Made by a program: the position numbers and the translations under genes
The notes under the pieces: generated by a model
The model's database searches: none
The model's input: the letters and a program-made list of their open reading frames with translations, nothing else
Told to the model about the DNA's origin: nothing
NCBI GenBank assembly: GCA_043228905.1
Contig: JBHGNT010000004.1
Location: 434,001-498,000, forward strand
Origin: Azolla caroliniana
Lineage: Eukaryota; Plantae; Polypodiophyta
DNA: 64,000 nt
Direction of reading: 5' to 3'
Part shown: in pieces, positions 34,275 through 46,334 of the stretch
Layout of the letters: every line of letters begins with the position of its first letter
How positions within the stretch are numbered: position 1 is the stretch's first letter

Positions 34275-35241
34275 TGTCGAATACATGTGTATAATGGACG
34301 TATTCACACTATCCCGTTTTGGCCATTTATGTAATTAGCATAAAGGGTAGTTGCCCTAAGTCGGTCACTATATATAGTGACCTTGTAACCTCTTTGTAAG
34401 GTTGGATGTTGTATTATTGCTTTGGGAAATAGAAAGTCGTTTTTGTGCCTCTCTCTCTCTCTCTCTGTGCAAAGACCTAGAAACTGTCATACGCAGGTAT
34501 TCAAGCACGAATCGAATGCTTCTTGATCTTCCGCATTGACGACATTGTCTCCAACATCTGGTATCAGAGCGAGGTTCGGCCGTCATCACCGCCTGCACAG
34601 CATTCGGTTCTTCACTTCATCACGGCCTGCACAGTATTCACGTCATTCGAAGAAAGAGAGAAGAAGAACAAAAAAACGAGGTTTTGCACCTCATCGCGTT
34701 AGATCCTCTTGCTTGGACTAAGCCATCAGGTTGTACTCTGTTCCTTGTGATCGTAACCGCTCGAGGTGAAATCCCCTTGTGTATCATTGACACGATCGTG
34801 CTCCATTCGGTTAAACGGCATCCGAAGAGGTCATCAAACGCTGCTCGCCGTTCATTGTAACCACTCGGTGCAGATCGGTCTCAAGACAACAACCCAAATT
34901 CGTGCTTCATCTGGCTGATCGACATTCGGGAGAATCAGTTGGATCCGTCTCTCTCGTTGCTGCAATCGACCGAAGCAAAATCGGTCCAGATAATCGGTTT
35001 CAATAATCGGTATTCGGCATATATATCCGAAGCGAACCGGGCTCACTCCGACTCGGCAACATTCGGGAAGACCAGTCGGTTCTGTCCCTCAAGCTACCGG
35101 AGTCAATTCGAGCAAGTTCCGAAGCCGAACCGACTCGGGTTCAAATCCGACTAGAACGATATCGGGTGAGCCAACCGGCTGCACTCCAACAAGGTTCGTA
35201 GTCAACTCCGAACCGAGCTTCGTCAACCGAAACCGAATTTG

Positions 35242-38200
35242 ATGGCATCAACATCCGGCTCGTAAGAAATGAGTCTACGAAAGTTCGATGGATCGAACTT
35301 CAACTTCTGGAAGGAGCAAATGCAGGACTATCTCATAGTCAAGGGACAAATCGATCCCATCGAAAATGAAGAACCTCCAGAAGGATACAAACCAATTGAG
35401 TGGTAGAAGCTGGACAGAATCGTCCGCGCCACGATTCGGATGCACCTATCGGAAACGGTATACTTTACGGTGCAATCGTGTACGACAGCATTCGAACTGT
35501 GGAAAACACTGTCGGATACTTACGAAAAGAAGGTCGCCGCAACGAAGATGTTTCTGATCCGGCGCCTCTACAACTTGCGGATGAAAGAATCTGACTCGGT
35601 TCAAGCACACCTCAATGAGTACGAAAGCATCAGCTCCCAAATCTCGTCACAGGGGACGGCAATCGAGGATGAACTCAGAGCAATGATACTCATGAGCAGC
35701 CTTCCCTCATCATGGGAAACTTTCGTCACAACCGTGTGCAATCCTGACCGAAGCAGCTCGGAGAAAGTCTTTCGCCAAAGACTCAACAGACGACGCTTAT
35801 GTAGTACAAGGTTCGACAGACCGATCGAACATACGAGGAAGAGATTCCTCACGGCCGCCGAACAATCAGCGAAGACGGAGCCAGTCACGGGATAACCGAA
35901 TCTGCAACTATTGCAAGAAACCCGGACACATCAAAGCCGACTGCCGCGCACTCAAGAACAAGAACAACAAGAAGAGTGGCCGGCATGAGGAGGTCAATTA
36001 CGTCAGCTTCTCAGCTGATGTGCTACCAGACGACCCGAATATACTATCAATCGAAAATCCAGTCGGATCAGAAGTTCTACTCACGACTGAAGAATCGAGC
36101 ACATGGCTCTTAGATTCGGGCGCGTCATTTCACGTGACTCCTCATCGATCCCAGTTTCGGCAATATACGATCCGTCACTCCGACTCAGTTCGAGTCGGCA
36201 ACTCACAACACTGTGACATCATCGGAATCGGCACAGTAGAGCTCAACCTTGCAGGTGGCTCTACACTTGTACTCCACAATGTCCGACATGTACCCGAGCT
36301 CTCAAGGCCATTGATCTCAGTCGGACAACTAGATGAAGACGGCATTCGTGCCGGTTTCTCTTCGGGAGGGTGGACACTCCACAGGGGGAACCTCCTGCTT
36401 GCTAGAGGACCCAAGATACACTCCTTGTATCCGTTACATGTTACGCTCAGAGAGGGTAACCTGTTTTTGGTGGATATTCCTGTGTCATCACTATGGCACA
36501 GAAGATTAGGATACCTCAGCAAGGCCGGCATCACGCACCTATCTAGAGCCGGATACATCCCTAAACTCTCCTTCTCCGACCATCAATTCTGCGAGCATTG
36601 CCAGTATGGCAAACAAGCAGCCGCATCACACCCGACATCAGCACCAAGAGAAACGAGACCTCTCGATTTAGTCCATTCGGACGTCTGTGGCCCAATGCCG
36701 CATCAGTCTCTCGGCGGTGCCTCTTACTTCGTCACTTTTATTGACGATTCGACTCGAAAGGTGTGGGCTTATCCAATTCGCACCAAAGATCGGGTCTTCT
36801 CGATCTTCACCGATTGGCTCGCTATGGTGGAAAATCAAACCGACCAAAAGCTGAAATGCTTTCGGACAGACAATGGGGGAGAGTTTAAATCCGAAGAATT
36901 TGTCAAATTCTGCCGACAACGCGGCATCCGACGTGAATTTACGGCACCACACAGTCCGGAGCAAAACGGGATTGCAGAACGAATGAATCGGACAATCCAA
37001 GAACGGATAGTTTCCATGCTCCAACACTCCGGACTGTCGGATGGCTTCTGGGCAGAGGCTCTACTCACGGCAGTACACATAATCAATATGTCGCCAAGTA
37101 GACCTCTAGGACTTCAAATTCCTCAGGAACTATGGATCGGCAGTAAGCCGAATTACAACAAGCTGAGGATCTTCGGATGCGAGGCGTACGCCCTCATTCC
37201 GAAAGATGATCGCCGAAAACTTGCACCTCGGTCCAGGAAATGCATCTTCCTTGGATATGGATCCGACGGCGAAATGGGATACCGACTCTGGGACCCCGAA
37301 CGCAGACAAATCGTTCGAAGTTCGGACATTGTGTTCAACGAGTCGGCTATGAATCCATCAGTCGAAAAACCGATCGAAGTCCGAAGGGTAACATTCTCCG
37401 ATGTGCCGACCCTTCAAGAAGGCCCCGCTCTCAACACACGGTCAGCTTCACGGGTAGCTGAACCTTACACTACCGACTCGGACAACCCCGACTCGGCACA
37501 GCAGAACAATCCGCTTTCGGACCATCCGACCTTGATACCCGATGCGACCAGTCCAATCTTACCTCGACGATCCGAGAGACTGTCGCAACCTCCGGAGAGG
37601 TATTCTCCTGGAATTTTCTTCACCGACGCCGGCGAACCGACGTCTTACGAAGAAGCATCGACATCTGTCGATTCAGCCACCTGGCATCTGGCTATGGAGT
37701 CGGAAATGCACTCCATTCGGGCAAACAAGACTTGGGATCTGGTTGAATTACCTAGGAACCGACGTGCTCTTCCTTGCAAGTGGGTTTATCGACTAAAAGA
37801 GACGCCTGATTCGACCACCCCAAAGTACAAGGCCAGATTAGTTGCGAAGGGCTTCCGACAAGAATATGGCGTCGACTTCGACGAGATTTTTTCACCAGTG
37901 GTAAAAATGACAACCCTTCGTTTTCTACTCGGCGTAGTGGCAGCCGACAACTTGGAGTTGATTCAGCTAGATGTCAAAACAGCCTTCCTCCATGGTGATC
38001 TTGACGAGGAAATTTACATGGAGCAGCCAAAAGGCTTCGTGGCGACTGGCCAAGAACATCTAGTCTGCCGACTCAGGAAGAGTCTATACGGCCTCAAACA
38101 GGCACCGCGACAATGGTACAAGAAGTTCGACGACTTCATCCAATCGATCGGCTTCTCAAAAAGCGATGAGGACCATTGTCTCTTCACCAACACAGCTCAA

Positions 38201-39160
38201 GATGGATCACCCATCTTCCTCATCATTTACGTGGACGACATGCTAATTTCTGGACGCCACGCGGGCGAACTTGCCGATCTCATTCGGCAACTGCGGTTGA
38301 AGTTTGCCATGAAGGACCTCGGTCCGGCACGACACATCCTTGGCATGAAGATTAGTCGGCATCGCGCTAAACGACATCTTTTTTTGTCTCAGACCGACTA
38401 TACCCGACGTGTCTTAGAACGCTTCAACATGCAATCAGCCAAATCTGCTTCAACCCCGCTCCCCATGACTCTTCGGCTCTCTCAGCGAGACTGCCCGACA
38501 TCCGGTCCGGAGGGGGAAGATATGAAGTCGGTACCGTATGCACCGGCAGTCGGCTCCCTTATGTACCTGATGGTCGCGACACGGCCTGATATTTCTCATG
38601 CCGTAGGAGTCGTTAGCAGATTTATGCACAATCCTGGCCGATCGCATTGGAACGCAGTCAAGCATGTGTTCAGATATCTGGCTGGCACAAAAGACCACGG
38701 CATTCTCTTCGGTCCGAACCGAACCTCAGGCGTAGTCGGTTACACCGACTCGGACTTCGCCGGCTGTATAGACAGTCGGAAATCAACAACTGGATACTGC
38801 TTCAAATTCGGCAATGGAGCAATTTCGTGGAAGTCGAAACTTCAGGAGTGCACAGCGACCTCAACGACCGAAGCAGAATATGTAGCTGCGTCTGACGCAG
38901 CAAAAGAAGCTTTGTGGCTCGGTCGGCTGGCGCACACGTTTCGACAAGTCGACCATGACTCGGCCCCAGTTGTCTACAGCGACAGTCAAGGTGCTGTTGC
39001 CTTGTCGAAAAATCCGGTTCACCACAACGCCTCCAAACATATCGACGTTCGATATCACTTCGTTCGGGACTGCGTCATTTCAGGGAAAATCGGTCTAGAG
39101 AAAATATCCACAACCGACAATGTCGCAGATGGAATGACCAAGTGTCTTTCGGTAGACCGC
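35242..39160 (+). pseudogene. Gag-Pol of D (stops and frameshift in gag; PR-IN-RT-RH open from 36020; last 16 codons at 45807-45857)
   Basis: KFDGSNFNFWKEQMQDYL, CNYCKKPGHIKADC, WLLDSGASFH, RTDNGGEF, IYVDD, ADGMTKCLSVDR|FRSLRHQMGV. Confidence 0.92.
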
Positions 39161-39948
39161 TGTCGGGGTTACTACGCCCTTGCGTGTAGAAAGGAGGAGG
39201 GACCACGGGGGTCTCGAACCGAAGAGCAAGAGAGAGAGGAGTAAGAGAGAGAGACCCGATTACACAGAACCGAAGATCCGATTGCGCCGAACCGACGATT
39301 GCACAGGGACACGGCCCAACAAACAGAGATCACAAATAAACGCCGACGCAGATGGACGCAACAACGAGAGATATGTACTTATGAATGCAAGAAAATAACA
39401 GACTAAAGTATTACAACCCACGGTGGGGCACAAAATAGATACTAACGAAAACGAACAGGGCGGCGAACAGCTGCCGACCCCTGTATGTCGCGACGCACAG
39501 AAAGGGAAAACAGGTCGGAGGTGCTGCAGGACGCACTCGGGGCGTTCCACGGAACAGCGCAAGCCTCCTCGAAACCTGCACAGGTACGCGATGGAGCAGA
39601 AGACAGAGAGAGCAGGAGTGAGAGAGAAGCTCCGAAATCGGTTCGACAGCACTTCGTCCTCTCCGCCGGAGATGCCGACTTCTATTCTTCCTCTTCCTTT
39701 TATAGCCCGTCAAGAGGCCGTTTGGCATTAACTGCATACCAACCGAATCTACCCACCTAGGATCCTTGTATGTACCTACTTCGTCCTTAGGTACTTCTTG
39801 GCGCGCGTGTGTGTGTAGAGCCGTTTCCCACGCCTTGTTCCTCCGATTCCTCTTGTGGGCGGTTTTCTTCACGACATCCGCCCCCACCTAACCGCGCATC
39901 CACCGGCATGCGCCAAATTAAGTTGGCACGGAGAAAACCGGCCCGCCT

Positions 39949-42900
39949 CTACTCTTCGCCTGCCGGCCCTTCCTCGGCCTCGGATCGGTCGTCGCTGCTG
40001 TCCAGGAGAATCGGGTCGGGTTCGTCGTCGTGCCGCTTCTTGAAAGCTTTGATCCTCTTCCCGGCCACGGGTATCGCTATTCTCGTACCGTCGAGCTCCG
40101 CCAGATGATACGTCCCGTTGTTGTTGGCGCTCTGTACCGTGTACGGCCCGAACCATCTCCGTGCGAACTTCCGCGTTGCTCGGTGCTGGTTGTCGAGGCT
40201 GCTGTCGTAGACGAGCACCCAGTCACCTTCGTCGATTTTCTTCGGTCGTAGCCGGTGCGTTCGGTCGAACCGGGCTTTGTTCTTTGTCCTCGCCACCCGG
40301 AGCTTCTCCGTAGCCAGTGCCACGTCCTCCGGTCTCCGCTCGAGCTGTCGTATACGTGCGGCCAACAACTCCTCCCGGCTCATCTCGTCCCGCCAGTCGA
40401 CCGTTGCCCACGAGGAGATCGTCCGTTCAATCGGCATGATCGGCTTCTGGCCGAACATGAGCTCCGTCGGCATGTACCCGGTTACCGAACTGTGCGTGGT
40501 CCGGTCTGCCCACAAAGCATAAGGTAGAAGTCGCGGCCAGTTGCCGACTTGGCCTCCGCATGCCCGAACCAGCGCCTTAACGATCGGCCCGTGTCCGCGC
40601 TCCACCTTTCCATTCGCCTCCGGGTTGTACGCAGTGGTGAGCGAGAGTTTGACTCCCAGCCGATCGAGCAGCTCCGCGGCTTCCTCGGCGTCCAACTCCC
40701 CTCGGTCAGCCACGATCTTCCCGACGCACCCGTACCGGCATATCACGTCCTCGATCAGGAACCGACACACGGCCGCGGTCGTCTTGTTCTGAAGGGCTCG
40801 GCCTTCCACCTGGTTCGTCAGGTCTTCCCGCGCTAGGACCAGATACCGCATCTGTCCTACCCCCATCGGCATCGTCACCAGATCTACCATCCATTTGAAG
40901 TGGATAGTCGGAGGGTACGTAGGGTGAAGCCCGTCCCGGTGTCGGACTATCGAGTGCATCTGACAACTCTCGCAAGTTGACACGAACCGATGCACGTCCC
41001 GGTACAATCCCGGCCACCAGTACTTCCCCTTCAGCTTCTCAAACGTCGCCCACGTTCCACGGTGTCCAGCCCAAGGGCTGTCGTGGTAGGCCGCCAGTAG
41101 CTCCTCCTGTTCTTCCTTCATCGCCACCACCCGGAGCGGGACGCCGTTCCTCTTCTTCGGGTGCTTCCACAAATGCCCATCTCGGAGAAGGAATCGATAT
41201 GCTTTCTTCCGGATCCGGTTGGCCTCGTCCTTCGTCCATGACGCATCGGGCGTCATTGTCTTCAAAAACCCGCCGATCTGCAGCCACTCCCCGTCGTACT
41301 TGCTCGCGTCGAACTCGTTAAGCGCCGGAGTGCTCATCCCGTCGGTCGTTATGTATGCCGCCTCGAAGAAATCCACGCCGACTTCTTCGTCTTCCGAAAC
41401 CATGCCGCCCTCGTCGTCGAACCTCGCCCTCGAAAGCATGTCGGCCATGGCGTTGTCTTTCCCGGAAATGTGTCGTATTTCCGGGTCCAGGGACTTGATG
41501 TACGCTATCCACCTGAGCATCGCCAGGTCCGGAGTCGCGCATCCGGAAACCATACCGAGAATCGGCAGGCAATCCGTCTCGATGATCACTTCTGTCCCTA
41601 TCAGGTAGTCTTTGTCGGCCTTAACCGCCGAAACAATACCCCAGAGTTCGCGTTTAACCTGGGCGTATCCTCGCTGCCGTTCACTGAGGACTTTCGCGCC
41701 GAATCGGATCGGAAACCGATTGCCGTCCTCATCTTCCTGGTTCACGACCCATCCGATCCCGGTCGGACTGGTATCCACCGTTATGAATACCGGGGTACCC
41801 TTCCCGTATACCGCCTTCCGGAGTGCCGGTGCCGCTGCAAGGGCCTCTTTCAGCTTCCGGACCGATTCCGCGTGCTCGTCTAGCCATTCGAACTTTTGCC
41901 CCTTTTTCAGCAACCCGTACAGTGGCTCCGCGACGTGTGCGTAATGCGGGATCCATATATGGTAGAACGCGCATGCCCCCAGGAATCTCCGTACTTCCGT
42001 GACCGAGCTGCAGTCGGGCTTCATCGCGGAGATGGCTTCTACCTTTGTCGGAGACGGTTTCCGGCCATATGGTCCGCACAGGTGTCCGACCACCATGATT
42101 TCTGACTGCCCGAAGACCGACTTCTCCCCGGAGAAGGTGAGTCTCGCATCCTCTAGCCTTTGCAGCACCTTCTCGCAGTCGTCGATGTGCGTCGCCACGA
42201 ATCGCCGGCATCCGTCCGGCCCGATCGTCTCGTCCTTTTCTTCCACCGGGCATCCCTTGATCGGGATGTCGTCCAGAAACGGCATGGTGATGTCCGGGAT
42301 ACAGTCCCTCAGAATCTTGTTCATCGCATTCACCATGTGGGCCACCGAGTTGGTCCCTCCTTGCGGCAGTGTACACATCCGAACTAGGCCGAGGGGAGTT
42401 CGCATCGTCGTAATGTCTCTGCTCTCCACGGCTAGCTGGAACTGGTCGTACCCTGAGTATAGATCCCCGACCGAGTAAATTGACCTTCCGGCGAAGGCCT
42501 CCGCGAACTCGTCTATGGTCGGTCCGATCCCTGCGTTCCGAATGGTCACTCGATTGACCGGCTGCAGGTCCTGGATGAAGCGCAACGAACCGTTTTTCTT
42601 CGGTACGGTAAACCATCGATTCGAATATGGGGCGCTCGACGGCTCGAGAATTCCCATATCAACTTTCTGCCTCAGCAGCTCCATCAACTTCGGGATGTGA
42701 GCTCTCGGAACCGGGATTGGCTTGAGATTCCATGGTACATGCGGTACCGTGAATATCACCATCGGCTCCACGATCGTCGGGTCAACGCACCCGATTTCCT
42801 CCGGCGAGAATGCGAAGGCTTTCCCGTGCCTTCCGAGCATTCTCCGAAACCGGTCTTCCTCCGCCGGCAGTAGGAACCCGCCCCCACCTATTTTGAGCTC

Positions 42901-43446
42901 TCGGAGCGTCTCGTCGGTGAAGGTGTGCCCTATGCAGGCCGGATCTCGTAGACTAGGGTCCGATGCAACCCCTTTGATTCTCGACGCGCTGTCCTCCGGT
43001 AAGGGTGCCGCGACTGGCCTTACCTTCCGGTCCACCGTCTTGTACTTGGTGCTTACGTGGGCCGTCCGAACTGACTCGAGCCCTCGACCGAAGTCCGCGA
43101 TGACTTCGTACATCTCCTCGGAACACACCGGTATCGTCCGGTCTTCGTTAAGTCCTTCTTCGACTACCTTTCCCAGCATTCCCAAGGTGTCGTCGAATGA
43201 GACCGCCTCCACGGCTCCGTTGATTTCCTCGTCCGGGCCGAGAACTCCGCACGCTCGAAGTCTCCCCTCCGCCTTTGTCTTCTCTCGGCCGCCGATGCCG
43301 ACTATCTTACACGCTCCGCTGTCGGACAACAAAAATTCCCTACCTATGGCACAAGGTTTCTTCGGGTTTATCGTACAGGTGTGGGGTTTCCCCGGGGTGT
43401 CCGGACTGTCGCGGCCCCACGCCTTGGCAGCCCTCTCTAAAAATCC
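39949..43446 (-). CDS. pol: Pol (RT, RNase H, integrase) of E, entered by predicted -1 frameshift
   Basis: Frame open back to the GGA TTT TTA overlap; YSNRWFTVPKKNG, DLYSGYDQF, LPQGGTNS, PFLDD, VDTS, GH..TCESC, ADRGE, RWFGPY; no chromodomain. Confidence 0.92.
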   Translation of the reverse strand, partial: GFLERAAKAWGRDSPDTPGKPHTCTINPKKPCAIGREFLLSDSGACKIVGIGGREKTKAEGRLRACGVLGPDEEINGAVEAVSFDDTLGMLGKVVEEGLNEDRTIPVCSEEMYEVIADFGRGLESVRTAHVSTKYKTVDRKVRPVAAPLPEDSASRIKGVASDPSLRDPACIGHTFTDETLRELKIGGGGFLLPAEEDRFRRMLGRHGKAFAFSPEEIGCVDPTIVEPMVIFTVPHVPWNLKPIPVPRAHIPKLMELLRQKVDMGILEPSSAPYSNRWFTVPKKNGSLRFIQDLQPVNRVTIRNAGIGPTIDEFAEAFAGRSIYSVGDLYSGYDQFQLAVESRDITTMRTPLGLVRMCTLPQGGTNSVAHMVNAMNKILRDCIPDITMPFLDDIPIKGCPVEEKDETIGPDGCRRFVATHIDDCEKVLQRLEDARLTFSGEKSVFGQSEIMVVGHLCGPYGRKPSPTKVEAISAMKPDCSSVTEVRRFLGACAFYHIWIPHYAHVAEPLYGLLKKGQKFEWLDEHAESVRKLKEALAAAPALRKAVYGKGTPVFITVDTSPTGIGWVVNQEDEDGNRFPIRFGAKVLSERQRGYAQVKRELWGIVSAVKADKDYLIGTEVIIETDCLPILGMVSGCATPDLAMLRWIAYIKSLDPEIRHISGKDNAMADMLSRARFDDEGGMVSEDEEVGVDFFEAAYITTDGMSTPALNEFDASKYDGEWLQIGGFLKTMTPDASWTKDEANRIRKKAYRFLLRDGHLWKHPKKRNGVPLRVVAMKEEQEELLAAYHDSPWAGHRGTWATFEKLKGKYWWPGLYRDVHRFVSTCESCQMHSIVRHRDGLHPTYPPTIHFKWMVDLVTMPMGVGQMRYLVLAREDLTNQVEGRALQNKTTAAVCRFLIEDVICRYGCVGKIVADRGELDAEEAAELLDRLGVKLSLTTAYNPEANGKVERGHGPIVKALVRACGGQVGNWPRLLPYALWADRTTHSSVTGYMPTELMFGQKPIMPIERTISSWATVDWRDEMSREELLAARIRQLERRPEDVALATEKLRVARTKNKARFDRTHRLRPKKIDEGDWVLVYDSSLDNQHRATRKFARRWFGPYTVQSANNNGTYHLAELDGTRIAIPVAGKRIKAFKKRHDDEPDPILLDSSDDRSEAEEGPAGEE

Positions 43447-45065
43447 TCTCGGTTATCGGAACCGAGGGAGTCGCGGTTACGCTCGTGGTTCGGCCTAACC
43501 GTCAAAAACTGGACCGAATGGCGCCCGTCCTGGCTCTTGACCCGCGCATAGGCCGAACCGTTGTCCAGCACCTTGGTCTCCATTCGAGCCGCCGTGATGT
43601 ACGGCTCTCCCAGTATGACGGGGTGCGATGACGACTCCTGCACGAAGAAGTGCTGGTCTATCTCGACATCGCCAATCTTGACCCGTACATTCGGGCAGGC
43701 CCCGTGAAGTTCCTCGGTGGCGCGCGTCGCCGCCCTTATCTTCCACCCGTGCTTGGTGTTGATCGGCCATTTGCCCTTCTTATAGAAGTCCATGGACATC
43801 AGGTTGATTTCCGATCCGTGGTCCACCAAAGCTACTACCGGTTCTTGGACATCGCCGATCTTTACCGGGGTTTCCGTGGTCGCTCGGGCCCAGTGTGGCC
43901 GCGAATAGTGGCTCTCCGCCCACTCGTCTTCCAGCGCCATGTCGTCCAGGTGCGTCGTCCGCACTTCCACCGGTCTTTCCGGTTCTGTCTCCGTTGACAG
44001 CCTCTTCCGTTTCACCAAGTCCACGATGGAGTCGTGGAACTCCTTCTTGGCGATTCCCAGCACCTCCCGTAGCGACAGCTCCACCTTGCTGTCGAGGATC
44101 CGTTCCTCCAGGACCTTTCGTAAGTCCGTGGTTCTTTCTATCTCCGTCCCCAGACGGTACCCGCCCTTCTGGGGTTTATCTTGCGTACCGGCCCCGCCGG
44201 CTTCGTCCCGTCGTGGCCCGGACCGGGTCTCGTATCGTTGTGAGGGCCCGGTCGTCCCGGGTTTCCCCACCCGCTTCTCTTCTACCAGAGCCTCGTAGTT
44301 CCGGCAAGCGGCTTCCACGAAGCCCGTCTTTTCCTCGACCGGGTCGCTCCACCCGGTCATCTCCCGTACCCGTTTCTCCGCACGGTCCGATTCCTCCCTT
44401 TTAAGCCCTGCACCGGCAAGGCCTTCCAGCATCGTCGGCCAGAATCCGGCTTTGCTTTCCTTTCGGGCCTCGCCGCCCCCGACTCGAATGCCGGCCGACG
44501 CCGAGTAGTGGACGGTTTCCGCATGTTGGGCCGCCGCCTCTTCCATCAACCTCTTCATTCCGCCTCGCCCGTCGTTTCGGTTTAGGGCCCTTCTCGTGTC
44601 GTTGGCGTGAACCCGGCCTTCCCATAGGTACACCACCCGGTTCCTCAGCGCCTCTGCGAAATCGCCGCAGTCTTTTCGGATGTGGCCGACCCCGTCGCAC
44701 CACATGCACCTGTTCCCTGCCGCCGGCCGTCGGTCACGAGCAGGTCCTCCGCCTTCTCTGCGGGCTTGTGCGATTTGGAGGTCTTTTATCGCCCTCGTCA
44801 GTTCCTCCAACGCAGCTCCCCCAGTCGAGCCTCCGATCACGCCGGTCGGAGCCGAACCGGATTCCAGCCACTCCCGAGTCTCTTCCCTTCGCACCGGCTG
44901 CGCCGGCTCGAGTTTCCTCGCCGCGACTGAGCCCGACCCGGTTGCTCTGTCATCCTCCCATTCTCGCCGTTTGTCGAAACGGCCGCAGGCTCTCTTGACC
45001 GCCGCCCAGTCGGCTGTCAGCCCATCTTCGGTTTCTAGCAGGGCGCCCACGTGACTCCGATCCCT
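43437..45065 (-). pseudogene. gag: N-terminally deleted Gag-protease ORF of E
   Basis: Matches F Gag from RDRxHVG onward; CMWCDGVGHIRKDC; ALVDHGSEINLM..VILGEPY. Confidence 0.85.
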
Positions 45066-46334
45066 TTCACGTCGGGTTCACCAAGATGTCGGGGTTACTA
45101 CGCCCTTGCGTGTAGAAAGGAGGAGGGACCACGGGGGTCTCGAACCGAAGAGCAAGAGAGAGAGGAGTAAGAGAGAGAGACCCGATTACACAGAACCGAA
45201 GATCCGATTGCGCCGAACCGACGATTGCACAGGGACACGGCCCAACAAACAGAGATCACAAATAAACGCCGACGCAGATGGACGCAACAACGAGAGATAT
45301 GTACTTATGAATGCAAGAAAATAACAGACTAAAGTATTACAACCCACGGTGGGGCACAAAATAGATACTAACGAAAACGAACAGGGCGGCGAACAGCTGC
45401 CGACCCCTGTATGTCGCGACGCACAGAAAGGGAAAACAGGTCGGAGGTGCTGCAGGACGCACTCGGGGCGTTCCACGGAACAGCGCAAGCCTCCTCGAAA
45501 CCTGCACAGGTACGCGATGGAGCAGAAGACAGAGAGAGCAGGAGTGAGAGAGAAGCTCCGAAATCGGTTCGACAGCACTTCGTCCTCTCCGCCGGAGATG
45601 CCGACTTCTATTCTTCCTCTTCCTTTTATAGCCCGTCAAGAGGCCGTTTGGCATTAACTGCATACCAACCGAATCTACCCACCTAGGATCCTCGTATGTA
45701 CCTACTTCGTCCTTAGGTACTTCTTGGCGCGCGCGTGTGTGTAGAGCCGTTTCCCACGCCTTGTTCCTCCGATTCCTCTTGTGGGCGGTTTTCTTCACGA
45801 CACCGCTTTCGGTCCCTTCGGCATCAGATGGGCGTAACGACAAACCAGTCCGGTTAGAGCCGGACACAAAGCAGGATGGTTCCCGACAACCGACATCAGT
45901 TCCTTAATGATCGGCTTCAACTGTTCCGACCCGACCAGTTCGGTCTTCTGCCTTCGGACCCTGCCGACTCGAACAAAGCTGATATGTCCGAGAACCTAAG
46001 TCTATACCTGTAATCTTAGATAACCCATGTATACGCCCATTACGGGGGAGTGTCGAATACATGTGTATAATGGACGTATTCACACTATCCCGTTTTGGCC
46101 ATTTATGTAATTAGCATAAAGGGTAGTTGCCCTAAGTCGGTCACTATATATAGTGACCTTGTAACCTCTTTGTAAGGTTGGATGTTGTATTATTGCTTTG
46201 GGAAATAGAAAGTCGTTTTTGTGCCTCTCTCTCTCTCTCTCTCTGTGCAAAGACCTAGAAACTGTCATACGCAGGTATTCAAGCACGAATCGAATGCTTC
46301 TTGATCTTCCGCATTGACGACATTGTCTCCAACA

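Larger units (their letters stand above)
39161..45802 (-). mobile_element. Element E: young Ty3/gypsy with 5' gag deletion; LTRs 39161-39876 and 45087-45802 (716 bp), tRNA-Trp PBS 45066-45083
   Basis: LTRs with 2 visible differences, 4-bp TSD CCGC (39157-39160 / 45803-45806), host reading frame restored on removal. Confidence 0.96.
34275..46334 (+). mobile_element. Element D: Ty1/copia with short LTRs (34275-34556, 46051-46334), PBS 34559-34570, interrupted by E
   Basis: 5-bp TSD CGTAG (34270-34274 / 46335-46339); LTRs appear to differ only by one CT unit; PPT ACGGGGGAG 46042-46050. Confidence 0.95.

Noticed and set aside
39161-39244. Novel C-terminal extension on D Pol; similar chimeric ends in ORFs 46279..47439, 47458..48234, 29199..29801, 8444..9091, 55362..55886
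   Set aside because: Read-through into inserted LTRs; true frames rejoin when insertions are removed
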